Assembly (NCBI GenBank): GCA_021736255.1
Contig: JAIPGG010000001.1
Coordinates: forward strand, 11,506-75,505
Source of the DNA: Spirochaetales bacterium
Lineage (GTDB): Bacteria; Spirochaetota; Spirochaetia; JAIPGG01
DNA: 64,000 bases
Reading direction: 5' to 3'
Shown here: piece by piece, positions 28,557 through 38,854 of the stretch
Position numbering within the stretch: position 1 is the stretch's first letter
Layout: every line of letters starts with the position of its first letter
Made by a program: the position numbers and the translations under genes
Notes under the pieces: generated by a model
The model's database searches: none
What the model was told of the DNA's origin: nothing
The model's input: only the letters and a program-made list of their open reading frames with translations

Positions 28557-30104
28557 TTACCGATCCCTGGTGTACTCCACGAGTTTTCGGGATTCACTCT
28601 TCAGGGCATTGTAGGTTGCCTCGTATTGCCGCACGAACTCCTGGTAGTAGGCCGTCTTATCCCTGTCGGGCTGGATCGTTTTATTGATGCGTACCATTGC
28701 TTCCGCCGCCTTGTAAAGATCCGGGTAAATTCCTGCCGCTACCGATGCGCATATGGCGCTCCCGAGAGAGACCGCTTGTTGTTCCTCGGGGATGGTAATG
28801 GGTTTTCCGGTTACATCGGCGTGTATTTTCATCCACAGATCGCTTTGTGTAGCTCCCCCGCAGGTAATAATCTCGTCGATATGAAAACCCTCGTCTTCCA
28901 TTCTCTTGAGAATCACATTGGTGCCGTAGACTACTCCCTCCATAATGGCGCGGAAGATATGAGCCGGACCGTGTTTTAAGGTGAGCCCGCGAATGACGCC
29001 ACGGCTGTTTGGATCGATCCAGGGTGTACGGTTTCCCTGCCAGTGCTCTAGGACCAGAAGCCCTTCTGAGCCGGGTGGAAGCTCTTCTGCCCGTTCGTTG
29101 AGGATAGTATAAACCGAAACATTCCGTTTCTCCGCCTCTTCCTTGATTTCGGAGGAGAGGAAGTTATGAACGAACCAGTTGATGATCGATCCGGTTGAGA
29201 TTTGTCCCGCTTCAACCACCTGTACTCCCGGTACGATCGCATCCGGAAAGCTCCCGAATATGCCTTGTGCATGGATCTCTTTGTCGGAAAGGCCTATGTG
29301 GAGCTGAGAAGATCCGGTAATTATGGCGAGCTTGCCCGGTTTGAGGGCGTTTACTCCGATCACTCCGATATAGGCGTCAGCTCCTCCTGCTGCTACAGGA
29401 ATGCCGGCCGGAAGCCCTGTTTTTTCGGCAGCTTCTTTCGTTACCCTGCCGGCTGTTTCGCTGAGCGGCAAAACCCGAGAGGGCAGTTTTTCGAAGACCT
29501 CTTCTATCCCTATTTTCTCGTACAGGTCCTTTGGAAAGCCTCCGGCAGAATTGTTGTAAAACCAGCGAACAGAGGTGGTGTTTATGTTGGCTGTTATCTC
29601 GCCGGTCAGGCGATAGGTGATCCAATCAGTGTGTTCAAATATTGTATGTGCTTTATTATATACCTCGGGTTCGTTTCGCTTAACCCAGAGGACCTTGCAG
29701 GGGAACCATTCAGGCGAGAGGTTGCCGTAACCGATATAGGCTAAAGCGGGACTGTCGACGGCAGCAATATCTTCGGCCTCTTTCGTGGCCCGTATGTCCA
29801 TCCACATTATAGCATCTCGAAGCGGTTTTCCCGCTTTGTCGAGCATGATTACCGTGCAGCTGGTGCCGTCCAATCCGATTCCCTCTATTTCGGAGGGGTC
29901 TATAAATGAACCGCTAATGGCATTGCGGATTGCTTCGATGAGAGATTTGTCCCATTCAGCAACCGATTGCTCGGCCCAACCGGGATTTCGATGGATATTT
30001 TTATTGGCTGAAGTAGCGAAATTCAGGCACCGACCGGTTTCATCATATATCCCTGCGCGGATGCTCTCGGTGCCTGCATCAATTCCAAGTACGTAACGCG
30101 ACAT
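28557..30104 (-). CDS. FGGY-family carbohydrate kinase (pentulose/ribulokinase-like)
   Basis: N-terminal 'YVLGIDAGTESIRAGIYDETG' actin-like ATPase phosphate-1 motif. 515 aa. The 'GGGATQSDLWMKIHADVTGKPI' C-terminal FGGY signature is present. Confidence 0.8.
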   Translation of the reverse strand: MSRYVLGIDAGTESIRAGIYDETGRCLNFATSANKNIHRNPGWAEQSVAEWDKSLIEAIRNAISGSFIDPSEIEGIGLDGTSCTVIMLDKAGKPLRDAIMWMDIRATKEAEDIAAVDSPALAYIGYGNLSPEWFPCKVLWVKRNEPEVYNKAHTIFEHTDWITYRLTGEITANINTTSVRWFYNNSAGGFPKDLYEKIGIEEVFEKLPSRVLPLSETAGRVTKEAAEKTGLPAGIPVAAGGADAYIGVIGVNALKPGKLAIITGSSQLHIGLSDKEIHAQGIFGSFPDAIVPGVQVVEAGQISTGSIINWFVHNFLSSEIKEEAEKRNVSVYTILNERAEELPPGSEGLLVLEHWQGNRTPWIDPNSRGVIRGLTLKHGPAHIFRAIMEGVVYGTNVILKRMEDEGFHIDEIITCGGATQSDLWMKIHADVTGKPITIPEEQQAVSLGSAICASVAAGIYPDLYKAAEAMVRINKTIQPDRDKTAYYQEFVRQYEATYNALKSESRKLVEYTRDR

Positions 30105-30333
30105 GACTTCCTCCTCTTGTTTGTATTTGCTTTATGGTTTTTCATGCCTTTGTCTATTTCCTTTCGACTGTCATGTCGAATAAGTATAACACGGCTTTTT
30201 TGTTCAGGCTAATAAGTTTGAGGAGCCTTGGGGAACATTGGGGGCAGTCCGGAGTTGAGCTGGTGCAGGAGGTATTACCTTGACGGCTGCACAAGGGGGT
30301 TCTATAAAAAGAAGCAGGGGTGAAGGAGCAATT

Positions 30334-31956
30334 ATGGAAGCGTTTTTCGGGGTTGATATCGGGACTTACAGTTCAAAGGGAGTACTCGTAGACAGAGCAG
30401 GCACCATACAGGCTGAGTGCAGGCGGAGTCACGGACTCTCGGTGCCCAGGGCCGGATGGGCAGAACACGATGCAGATTCACTGTGGTGGGCTGATTTTTG
30501 TTCTCTTACAATCGAACTTTCACAGAAAGCCGACAGTCTTGGGTTGCAGCCTGCCGGGATCGGAATCAGTGCCATCGCTCCATGTGTCCTGCCGGTTGAC
30601 GAGCAAGGAAGGCCTCTGCGCCGGGGAATTCTCTACGGTATCGATACCCGGGCTTCTGAACAGATCAAGGCCATGGAAGCGGAACTCGGCAGTGAGCAGA
30701 TACGGAGGATCGCCGGATCCGGATTGGATTCTCAGTCTGCCGGTCCGAAGATACGCTGGGTCCGGGAGAACGAACCGGAGATCGCAGCGCAAACCAGGTA
30801 CTGGCTGACGTCGACAAGCTATCTCGTCTACCGGCTGACTGGACGGGCGGTGATCGACCGGTACACCGCTTCCTTTTTTCGGCCGCTTTACAATCTCGCG
30901 AAGGGCCGGTGGAGCGTCGAGGCGGCCGCATCCGTATGTCCGGTAGAACAGCTTCCCGAGCTCACGTGGACGACCGAGACCGCAGGAACCATCGGGCGGG
31001 AAGCCTCAAAAGCCTGTGGTTTGCCGGAGGGCCTGCCCGTTATCGCCGGTACGGCGGATGCGGCCGCAGAAGCAGTGAGTGCCGGGGTGCTCGAGCCGGG
31101 AGATTCGATGATCATGTTCGGATCGAGCCTGTTTATAATAACCTTGCACGATACACTGCAGCGTTCGAGTATTTTCTGGCCTGCGGTTTCTCTGTTTCCC
31201 GGAACCTGGGCTCTTACCGGGGGGATGGCCACCAGTGGTGCGGTAACTCAATGGATGAAAGACAACATCTTTGCGGGTATCGGCGGCTTCGATTCTGAAG
31301 CAGAGGCCGGAGCAGAACCCCGTTTTTCAGAACTGACGCGAAAGGCAGGAGAGGTACCTCCGGGAGCCGAGGGGCTGCTTATGCTTCCGTATATGAGCGG
31401 CGAACGGACTCCTGTTGATGATCCTCTGGCCCGGGGCGTATTGGCCGGTCTCAGTTTGCGGCACGGGCAGGCGCATCTATACCGGGCTGCGCTCGAGGCC
31501 GTGGGGTACGGCATACGCCACAACCTGGAAGAAATGGCCGGAGAGAGACGAATGGCCGGAGAGAAACTGAAGAAAAAAAACAACGGCGCTGAAGAAACTG
31601 CCGGCAGCCTGCAGAAAGCTGATCCTGGGGATGCCGGCGCCCTGGCGGTGGTCGGCGGAGGGGCGAAGAGCCCTGTCTGGATGCAGCTGGTAGCCGACAT
31701 TACCGGGAGAAGCCTTTCGGTGTTCCAAAGCGGCGGTGCCGCCTATGGCGACGCCATCCTGGCTGCCTACGGAACCGGGGTGTTTCCGAGTAGAAAGGCC
31801 GCGGCAGACTGGAAGCCCTCCCGGCATGGCTACCACCCGAATCCGGAGAATCGAAATCTGTATGACCGGTACTACCGCCGGTATCGAGAACTGTACGGGG
31901 CAACCGCCTCAATTGTTCATGAACTGGCCGGCGAGACGGAGACCCCTAAAGAATAA
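30334..31956 (+). CDS. FGGY-family carbohydrate kinase (xylulokinase-like) with a Lys-rich internal insertion
   Basis: 'FFGVDIGTYSSKGVLVD' phosphate-1 motif, and 'VVGGGAKSPVWMQLVADITGRSL' FGGY C-terminal signature. The listed ORF starts at 30280; I prefer the Met at 30334. Insert 'RRMAGEKLKKKNNGAEETAGSLQKADPGDA'. Confidence 0.75.
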   Translation: MEAFFGVDIGTYSSKGVLVDRAGTIQAECRRSHGLSVPRAGWAEHDADSLWWADFCSLTIELSQKADSLGLQPAGIGISAIAPCVLPVDEQGRPLRRGILYGIDTRASEQIKAMEAELGSEQIRRIAGSGLDSQSAGPKIRWVRENEPEIAAQTRYWLTSTSYLVYRLTGRAVIDRYTASFFRPLYNLAKGRWSVEAAASVCPVEQLPELTWTTETAGTIGREASKACGLPEGLPVIAGTADAAAEAVSAGVLEPGDSMIMFGSSLFIITLHDTLQRSSIFWPAVSLFPGTWALTGGMATSGAVTQWMKDNIFAGIGGFDSEAEAGAEPRFSELTRKAGEVPPGAEGLLMLPYMSGERTPVDDPLARGVLAGLSLRHGQAHLYRAALEAVGYGIRHNLEEMAGERRMAGEKLKKKNNGAEETAGSLQKADPGDAGALAVVGGGAKSPVWMQLVADITGRSLSVFQSGGAAYGDAILAAYGTGVFPSRKAAADWKPSRHGYHPNPENRNLYDRYYRRYRELYGATASIVHELAGETETPKE

Positions 31957-32002
31957 GGCGAGTAATGGAAAATGAACCGGAGAAAATGAAAGGAGAACAC
32001 TG

Positions 32003-33094
32003 ATGATTGATTCAATAGATCCGAGGTGGACAGATCTTGCAGATATTCTTGTAGAGTATTCTACCGGAGTAAAGGAAGGAGATTCTGTGCTGATACTCAT
32101 GCGGGAACTGCACACCTACCATCTTGCACGGGCGGTTGCTGGCGCTGCAGCGGTAAAAGGGGCCAGAGCTCAGGTGCTGTTTACTTCGGCAGAGCTCGAA
32201 GGGGACCTCATGCGGTTCGGTACCATGGAGATGATACACCGGGGCTCCGGAGCGGCTGAGGCGGCTATGAAGTGGGCAGATGTCTGTGTCGACCTTAGAG
32301 GTGCACACAATCTTGCTGCGTATTCCGGCATTTCACCCGAGCGGATGACCGGGCACCGGAAGGCGGAGGGCCGGCTCTCCGCCCTGCGAACTTCAACGAC
32401 TCGCTGGGTGATTGTCCGGGTTCCCTCTCCTGAGTTTGCCCAGCAGGCCGGGAAGTCTTTTGATGCGGTGATGGGGGAGTTTTTTACATCTGTTCTTCTG
32501 GATTGGGAATACGAATCGGAGAAATATCATCAATTGGCAAAGGTTCTGGAGGGGGCAAAGGAAATACGAATTGAAACACCCGACACGAAGCTTGTTATGT
32601 CTACCGAAGGCAGAACCTACCTCGTTGAAGACGGACACATTAATATGCCCGGTGGAGAGGTGATGTCCTCGCCGGTAGAGGATAGTGTAAATGGAATCAT
32701 TGCCTTCGAAGAGCCGGCGGTCTATTGGGGAGAACTGGTATATGGGTTGAAACTCGAATTCCGGAATGGACGGGTTGTTGATTTCGAAGCCCGGACGAAT
32801 CAGGATCTCATGTACAGACTTCTTGATATGGATGAGGGAGCCCGTGGAGTCGGCGAATTTGCCTTTGGCGTGAATCGGCGGATAACCGGTTTTGCGAAAG
32901 ATATTCTTCTGGATGAGAAGATATTCGGAACGGTACACATAGCTCTCGGAAGATCATACGCCGAATGCGGGGGAAAGAACCAATCCGCTCTACACTGGGA
33001 TATTATTAAAGACATTCGCCGAGGCGGGAAGGTGCTTGTCGACGGAATTGTGGTGCTTGAAGACGGACGCTATCCAGCGCTTGATTTGGCATGA
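32003..33094 (+). CDS. M29-family aminopeptidase (AmpS/aminopeptidase T-like)
   Basis: 363 aa. The C-terminal 'FGTVHIALGRSY...GGKNQSALHWDII' resembles the M29 thermophilic metalloprotease metal-binding region. Moderate confidence from pattern only. Confidence 0.5.
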   Translation: MIDSIDPRWTDLADILVEYSTGVKEGDSVLILMRELHTYHLARAVAGAAAVKGARAQVLFTSAELEGDLMRFGTMEMIHRGSGAAEAAMKWADVCVDLRGAHNLAAYSGISPERMTGHRKAEGRLSALRTSTTRWVIVRVPSPEFAQQAGKSFDAVMGEFFTSVLLDWEYESEKYHQLAKVLEGAKEIRIETPDTKLVMSTEGRTYLVEDGHINMPGGEVMSSPVEDSVNGIIAFEEPAVYWGELVYGLKLEFRNGRVVDFEARTNQDLMYRLLDMDEGARGVGEFAFGVNRRITGFAKDILLDEKIFGTVHIALGRSYAECGGKNQSALHWDIIKDIRRGGKVLVDGIVVLEDGRYPALDLA

Positions 33095-33235
33095 GCGGGA
33101 TGCATGCATGATTCCGGCGGAAAACAAGTAGTGTATAGTAACCCTGCAGGCAAGCATTTTGCCTCGTATTACGCAGTCAACCCGATGGCATTTTTCTCCC
33201 GCCGGTGATCGGAGTATGAAGCCGGTATCCGAAGC

Positions 33236-34045
33236 TTATGTTCTGATTTGATTTACCTTATCCATGAGTTTCTTTACTCGCGCAACCTCCACCTGGTTCC
33301 AGGTAACCCCGTCCTTTTTTAGACTGGTTCCTACAACAGCCCCGTCGGCTGCCGAAAGGAGGTCGTCGGCGGTCTCTACCTTTAACCCCGTGTTGATAAA
33401 TACCGGTATGGATACCCCCCGCTTCACCTCTTCGACGTTCTTGCCGGTAGGCGCTTGACCGGTTAACGGACCGGATACCAGAATGGCATCTGCAAGAGAA
33501 GAAAATTCGACGCTCTTCGCAATTATATCGAGAGGTCTGTTGTCGAGTCTGGATGCGAATTCGGCAAAGATGTTGAAAAAGACCGCAACATGATCCGCAT
33601 TGATCTGTTTTCGATAGCGATACACTTCCCCGACCTGTGTATTCCAGAAACCCATGTCTGAAATGTAGGCCCCGCTTACGATTTCCCGAATGAATTGAGC
33701 TCCGGTCGCTTTTGCCAGCGCCAGTGCCGCTTTTGCATCCCAGAGTACATCTACTCCATACGGAACGGTAATCTGATCCCGGACGGCATTGATCGCCCCG
33801 CTCATTGCTGCAACCGCCATGAAATCGGCATTGAATGTATACGGCCTGTCGTTTTCGTTGCAGAACATTACCGCATCGATTCCGCCCTCCTGTAATGCGA
33901 GAAGATCCTCACGGATTATTCGATAGATGTCCTCGAGGGTTTGCTTTGATTCATCGTATAAAGGTGTCCCCGGCAAAGGGGGAAAGTGAACCATTCCAAT
34001 AATGATTTTGCTCTTTTTACCGAAAATTTTCGTCAAATCGATCAT
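33236..34045 (-). CDS. BtpA/SgcQ-family TIM-barrel protein
   Basis: N-terminal 'KIIIGMVHFPPLPGTPLY' matches the BtpA family signature (IGMVHL-PLPGSP-Y); 269 aa. Confidence 0.75.
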   Translation of the reverse strand: MIDLTKIFGKKSKIIIGMVHFPPLPGTPLYDESKQTLEDIYRIIREDLLALQEGGIDAVMFCNENDRPYTFNADFMAVAAMSGAINAVRDQITVPYGVDVLWDAKAALALAKATGAQFIREIVSGAYISDMGFWNTQVGEVYRYRKQINADHVAVFFNIFAEFASRLDNRPLDIIAKSVEFSSLADAILVSGPLTGQAPTGKNVEEVKRGVSIPVFINTGLKVETADDLLSAADGAVVGTSLKKDGVTWNQVEVARVKKLMDKVNQIRT

Positions 34046-34094
34046 AATTTGCTCCTTTTACCCGGTAATTGCGGGATATCTTAATCATTGTACC

Positions 34095-34170
34095 ACAAAT
34101 ATGCGCAAGTCAAGCATGAAATGTGCAAAATCTGAACACTTTTTGCTGTACTTGTGCGCAAGTCCGTGCT
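34095..34170. promoter_or_regulatory. Divergent promoter/operator region between btpA/sgcQ and the DeoR regulator, with a 10-bp direct repeat TGCGCAAGTC present twice
   Basis: 'tgcgcaagtc' at 34101..34110 and 34154..34163, plus a related 'tgtgcaaaat' at 34121; AT-rich context. Candidate DeoR operators. Confidence 0.3.
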
Positions 34171-34182
34171 AAGATTTTATTC

Positions 34183-34998
34183 ATGAGCGATCCGAATCCA
34201 CAGGCCCAGGGAGCTACGGCCTTTATCCGCAACCGGGACAGGCTGGACCAGATCTACCGGGTAGTACGGGAAGAGGGGAATGCCTCGGTCAGCTTTCTGG
34301 CGCACCACTGCAAGGTCTCGGAATCCACCATCCGAAGAGACATAAACAATATGCTGGCAATGGATTCATACCCCAATCTCGAACGGGTTCACGGGGGAGT
34401 AGTAATATCTCGCCGGGAGGAGGATGCCTCCCTTATGTTCGATCTCAAATTCGACCTTGCCCGGCCGGAGAAAGAAGCAATTGCTGCGGAGGTGGTTCTC
34501 AAGCTCCATGACGGAGAAAGCATTGCCCTCGATACCGGCACTACGTGTCTGCTGATTGCTCGAAGGCTCGAACAGCTTTCCGGGCTGAAGGTTATCGCCA
34601 CCGATGTAAAGGTTGCAGAGCAGCTCGGTCAGTTTCCCGACATAGAGACGGTTGTTGCCGGCGGATTGATACGTCCGGCATATTTCGGCGTCGGCGGAGC
34701 CGCCAGCATCGAGTTCCTCGATCAGTTTCGGGTCGATACGGCGATTATCGCTGCGGATTCGGTGGACCCTGAAGATGGAATCACCAACCGCTCGCTCTTC
34801 GAGGTCGGAGTCAAACGCAAACTCATGGAAATTGCCAGGCGCGTCATATTAGTAGCTGATTCTTCAAAAATCGGTAAACGTTCGCTCTATCGGGTTTCAG
34901 ACTTTCATGGCATCGAACGTCTTATCACCGACCGCGGCCTTTCTGATGAATATGTAGTCGCATTTCGTGAACGAGGATTACAGGTCGATCTCGTCTGA
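34183..34998 (+). CDS. DeoR/GlpR-family transcriptional repressor (HTH plus sugar-phosphate-binding DeoR C-terminal domain)
   Basis: The N-terminal HTH region 'HHCKVSESTIRRDIN' and a C-terminal DeoR-type sensor domain ('IALDTGTTCLLIARRL', 'AIIAADSVDPEDGITN') are present. I prefer the start at Met 34183 ('MSDPNPQ') over the listed 34123. Confidence 0.75.
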   Translation: MSDPNPQAQGATAFIRNRDRLDQIYRVVREEGNASVSFLAHHCKVSESTIRRDINNMLAMDSYPNLERVHGGVVISRREEDASLMFDLKFDLARPEKEAIAAEVVLKLHDGESIALDTGTTCLLIARRLEQLSGLKVIATDVKVAEQLGQFPDIETVVAGGLIRPAYFGVGGAASIEFLDQFRVDTAIIAADSVDPEDGITNRSLFEVGVKRKLMEIARRVILVADSSKIGKRSLYRVSDFHGIERLITDRGLSDEYVVAFRERGLQVDLV

Positions 34999-35164
34999 GT
35001 TGTGTTGACACGGGATGCGGCCAGGATTGAATACAAAGGGTTTTTGTTATAAACGGTCCGGACCGGAATCGGAGATCCTTTCAAATGATTAGGTGATCCG
35101 TTTTTCAGCTCGGCCCGAAAACCCCGACACGTTGTGTCGGTGAAACTGCACAAGATGGAGGTGC

Positions 35165-36220
35165 ATGATGAAAAAAGGACTACTAATTCTTTTCATGGTG
35201 CTTGCTGTATCCGCTTTGGTGTTTGCGGGCGGACAACAGGAAGGAGAAAAAGCCGCCGAAGAATCAGGCGAAGAACAATTCGAGATCGCCATGGTTGTAA
35301 AGCTGGAAGGAGTTGCCTGGTTCGACAACATGAGGCTCGGCATACAGGATTTCAACAGTGATTTCGATGATGTAAATGCCTATCAGATCGGCGCGGATAC
35401 GGCGGACCCTGCTGCTCAGGTGGCTTTGGTAGAGGACCTGATCGCGAAGGGTGTTGATGCTATACTGGTTGTTCCGAATGATCCGGAATCACTTGTACCG
35501 GCGTTCAAAAAAGCGAACAATGCAGGAATTCTCACGTTTACTCATGAAGCTTCCGTACAGCGGCAGGTCAGCTATGATGTCGAGGCTTTCGACAACACTG
35601 CATACGGCCGCCACATGATGGATGTTATGGCTGATTGGATGGATGAAGAAGGGGTATGGCAGCCCTTTGTCGGGCACTTGACTTCGACGACCCACAATGA
35701 ATGGGTTGATGGAGAAATTGCTCAGGCACAGGAAAAGTATCCCAATCTAAAACAGGCAACCAACCGGATCGAAGAGAAGGAAAACCAGCAGATCGCTTAT
35801 GAAAAGGCTCTCGAACTTCTCAAGACCTATCCTGATATAGAAGCAATGATGGGAAGTGCAATGAGCACCGTACCCGGCGTTGCACAGGCGATCGAGGAAA
35901 AGGGGCGGATCGGTAAAGTTGCTGCGTTCGGTACGTGTCTGCCATCGGTAGCAGGCGATTATCTGGAAAGCGGAGCGGCAAAGTCGATTCACTTCTGGGT
36001 ACCGGCAGACGCCGGCTATGTCACTGCTCATGCGGCATATCTCTCCCTCAAGGGTGAAGAAATCAAGGAAGGCATGGATCTCGGAAAACCCGGTTATGAA
36101 AGCATCACCATACAGAAGAACGACTCCGGAGTACCTGTTATTTATGGACAGGCCTGGGTAGACGTTAATAAAGACAACCTCGATGAATGGAAAGATGCCG
36201 ACGGCAATTACAAGCTCTAA
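35165..36220 (+). CDS. Sugar ABC transporter periplasmic substrate-binding lipoprotein (PBP1 family; ribose/AI-2 LsrB-like)
   Basis: Signal peptide plus a 'GGQQEGEKAAEE' linker; 'IAMVVKLEGVAWFDNMRLG', 'KGVDAILVVPND' typical of periplasmic binding protein type 1. Confidence 0.75.
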   Translation: MMKKGLLILFMVLAVSALVFAGGQQEGEKAAEESGEEQFEIAMVVKLEGVAWFDNMRLGIQDFNSDFDDVNAYQIGADTADPAAQVALVEDLIAKGVDAILVVPNDPESLVPAFKKANNAGILTFTHEASVQRQVSYDVEAFDNTAYGRHMMDVMADWMDEEGVWQPFVGHLTSTTHNEWVDGEIAQAQEKYPNLKQATNRIEEKENQQIAYEKALELLKTYPDIEAMMGSAMSTVPGVAQAIEEKGRIGKVAAFGTCLPSVAGDYLESGAAKSIHFWVPADAGYVTAHAAYLSLKGEEIKEGMDLGKPGYESITIQKNDSGVPVIYGQAWVDVNKDNLDEWKDADGNYKL

Positions 36221-36240
36221 ACCAATACCGGCATATTTAC

Positions 36241-36276
36241 GGCAGTCTCGTCATAACGGCGGGGCTGCCTTTCTTG
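36241..36276 (+). promoter_or_regulatory. Intercistronic stem-loop between the SBP and ATPase genes (possible partial terminator/attenuator)
   Basis: 'GGCAG-tctcgtcataacggcgggg-CTGCC' followed by 'TTTCTT'. This is the common arrangement in ABC operons, giving SBP over-expression. Confidence 0.2.
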
Positions 36277-36295
36277 TCCGGGGAGAAGGGAAATT

Positions 36296-37813
36296 ATGAG
36301 TGAAGCCATATTAGATGTGCGTAATATCACAAAAACCTTCGCCGGGGTAACGGCCCTTAAAAATGTGGATCTAAAGATTGATGTCGGAGCAATTCATTGT
36401 CTCGTGGGAGAGAACGGTTCCGGAAAGTCCACCCTTATTAAGATTATTGGTGGAGTTCTTCAACCGGATTCAGGTTCGGTCACTATTAACGGGGTTGCAT
36501 ATGATAGTCAAAACCTCCGTGCAATCGAGGCTATTCGGGGCGGTATACAGATCATCTATCAGGATCTTGCCCTTTTTCCGAACTTATCGGTGGTGGAAAA
36601 TATCTCGATGAACCAGATGGTCGAGGCCAACGATAAATTGATCAAGTGGAAAGAGGCTTATGAGATCGCTGGACAAGCTCTGAGTCGAATTGAAGAAGAG
36701 ATCGATCTGAACGAGAAGGTCGAAAATCTTTCGATGGCTAAACAGCAGATTGTAGCGATAACCCGTGCTCTTACACAGAATGCACGGCTCGTGATTATGG
36801 ACGAGCCCACTTCTGCAATTACGCGGGAGGATGTAGACCATCTGTTTCGGGTAATACTTCGATTGAAGAAAATGGGCATTGCTACACTCTTTGTCAGCCA
36901 TAAGTTGAGCGAGGTGTTCGAGATTGCGGAAGAGGTTACCGTTATTCGGGACGGAAATAAAGTAGGGGATTATCCAGCTGGAGAATTGGACAACGACAAA
37001 CTTACCAATCTCATGACCGGTCGTATGATCGAATACAAGCCTTACTTCTATCAGGATACGGAACCGGAAAAGCCGAATCTCCTCGAGGTACGTAACCTGC
37101 AAAAGAGTGGTCAGTATGAAAAAATTTCCTTTACCCTGCGCAGAGGAGAGATACTGGGGATCACGGGCTTGATTGGCTCGGGGCGGACTGAAACGGCACT
37201 CTCCCTTTTCGGGATAAACCCTCCCGATGAAGGGGAAATTATAATCGACGGGAAACCGGTTGTAATTCATTCAACACATGATGCGATCCGCCACGGAATC
37301 GGCTATCTTCCGGAAGACCGGCTGAATCAAGGGCTTTTTCAGGAGCATCCGATCACCGACAACATAGTTGTTACGGTGCTGAAGAGGCTTTTGGACAAGA
37401 GGGGACTCATAAACTCTGAGAAACGGAAAACTGAAGGGAACCGTTGGATCAAAGAGCTCAGCATCAAAACCCCTTCCGGGGAGAATCCTGCCAACAGTCT
37501 TTCCGGGGGGAATCAACAACGTGTAGTATTGGCAAAATGGCTCGCCACGAACCCGAAAATATTCATTCTCGACGGACCGACAATAGGAATCGACATCGGA
37601 TCGAAGAGTACAATTCACGATATAATCCGTCGGCTTGCCGGAGAAGGGATGGGAATCATTATGATATCGGATGAGATCCAGGAGGTGCTTCAGAACTGCA
37701 ACCGGGTTCTGGTCATGTACAAAGGAAGACTCGTTCGAGAGATTCCCAATGCCGCCGAAGCGGATGAAGATGACGTGTTTGCAGCTGTCAGCGGAACCAG
37801 CGGGGGTGTGTGA
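36296..37813 (+). CDS. Sugar ABC transporter ATP-binding protein with two fused ABC domains (RbsA/MglA/LsrA-like)
   Basis: Walker A 'GENGSGKST' and a second 'GLIGSGRTE'; ABC signatures 'LSMAKQQIV' and 'LSGGNQQRV'; Walker B 'LVIMDEPT'/'IFILDGPT'. Confidence 0.85.
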   Translation: MSEAILDVRNITKTFAGVTALKNVDLKIDVGAIHCLVGENGSGKSTLIKIIGGVLQPDSGSVTINGVAYDSQNLRAIEAIRGGIQIIYQDLALFPNLSVVENISMNQMVEANDKLIKWKEAYEIAGQALSRIEEEIDLNEKVENLSMAKQQIVAITRALTQNARLVIMDEPTSAITREDVDHLFRVILRLKKMGIATLFVSHKLSEVFEIAEEVTVIRDGNKVGDYPAGELDNDKLTNLMTGRMIEYKPYFYQDTEPEKPNLLEVRNLQKSGQYEKISFTLRRGEILGITGLIGSGRTETALSLFGINPPDEGEIIIDGKPVVIHSTHDAIRHGIGYLPEDRLNQGLFQEHPITDNIVVTVLKRLLDKRGLINSEKRKTEGNRWIKELSIKTPSGENPANSLSGGNQQRVVLAKWLATNPKIFILDGPTIGIDIGSKSTIHDIIRRLAGEGMGIIMISDEIQEVLQNCNRVLVMYKGRLVREIPNAAEADEDDVFAAVSGTSGGV

Positions 37814-38826
37814 TTATGCTGAAAAACCTTTTCAAATCAACCGAGTCCTATCTGCTGATCGTTCTTTTGGCCTTTATTGTAGTGGTCGGTTTTATAAACC
37901 CGAAATTCTTCACCATAGAGAACCTGTTTGACCTGCTCAGAAGCAGTTCAGGTATGGCAATACTGGCGATGGGGTTCTTTATCGTTCTTTTGTCCGGCGG
38001 GATCGATGTTTCGTTTACCGCCATTGCTATTAGCGCTCAGTACATTGCCGTGAATTCTCTCATCGCATCGGGGGTGGACAACCTGGCGGTTGCTTTTCTC
38101 ATTGCCGTGGGTGTGGGGATTGCCGCAGGTGCAATCAATGCTGTGTTTATCGGCCTGTTCAACGTGCCCACCCTTATCACCACGCTGGGAACAATGAGCC
38201 TGTTTCATGGAGCGCTCTTGGAGTTCATGGGAACGAAAGCGGTAAACACCGGCGGGCTTCCGGAATGTTTTAAGACCTTCGGGCATTTCGACATTCTGAA
38301 TCTTACCCGGGCTGACGGTACTGAATACGGGCTCTCTGTTTTCTTCCTCATACTCGTAATCGTTGTGGTGGTTACCTGGTTCATTCTCAAATATACGCAA
38401 ATCGGCCGCGGTGTATATGCAATCGGAGGTAACAAGGAAGCAGCAAAACGGGCCGGCTTCAATATTCCCAAGATCCAGTTCTTCATATACATGTATGTTG
38501 GTTTACTGGCCGGCATTATGGGAATTATGCATGTTTCTCTGATTCGCTACAGCAATCCCAATTATATTGTGGGTAGTGAACTCGGGGTAATTGCAGCGGT
38601 TGTAATCGGGGGAACGCGAATTACCGGCGGCCGCGGGACTATTCTCGGCACCCTGGTGGGAGTAGGACTCATTGTGGTTCTCGAAAAAAACCTGGTGCTC
38701 ATCGGATTATCCTCGTACTGGCATCAGTTTTTTATCGGGCTGATTATCATCATCGGTGTCAGTATAACGTATCTGCAAAACAAGATTCGCAGTAAAAAGA
38801 ACTTGATCTTTGTTCGGGATACCTGA
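37810..38826 (+). CDS. Sugar ABC transporter permease (RbsC/LsrC-like)
   Basis: 338-aa polytopic membrane protein. It has a 4-nt overlap with the ATPase gene and the typical branched-chain/ribose permease pattern. Confidence 0.8.
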   Translation: MIMLKNLFKSTESYLLIVLLAFIVVVGFINPKFFTIENLFDLLRSSSGMAILAMGFFIVLLSGGIDVSFTAIAISAQYIAVNSLIASGVDNLAVAFLIAVGVGIAAGAINAVFIGLFNVPTLITTLGTMSLFHGALLEFMGTKAVNTGGLPECFKTFGHFDILNLTRADGTEYGLSVFFLILVIVVVVTWFILKYTQIGRGVYAIGGNKEAAKRAGFNIPKIQFFIYMYVGLLAGIMGIMHVSLIRYSNPNYIVGSELGVIAAVVIGGTRITGGRGTILGTLVGVGLIVVLEKNLVLIGLSSYWHQFFIGLIIIIGVSITYLQNKIRSKKNLIFVRDT

Positions 38827-38854
38827 TCATGAATGTAGGAACGGGAGTTAGCGT

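Noticed and set aside
33095-33235. Terminator hairpin between the convergent M29 aminopeptidase and btpA/sgcQ
   Set aside because: There are only short, imperfect inverted repeats without a U-tract, so no terminator is called.
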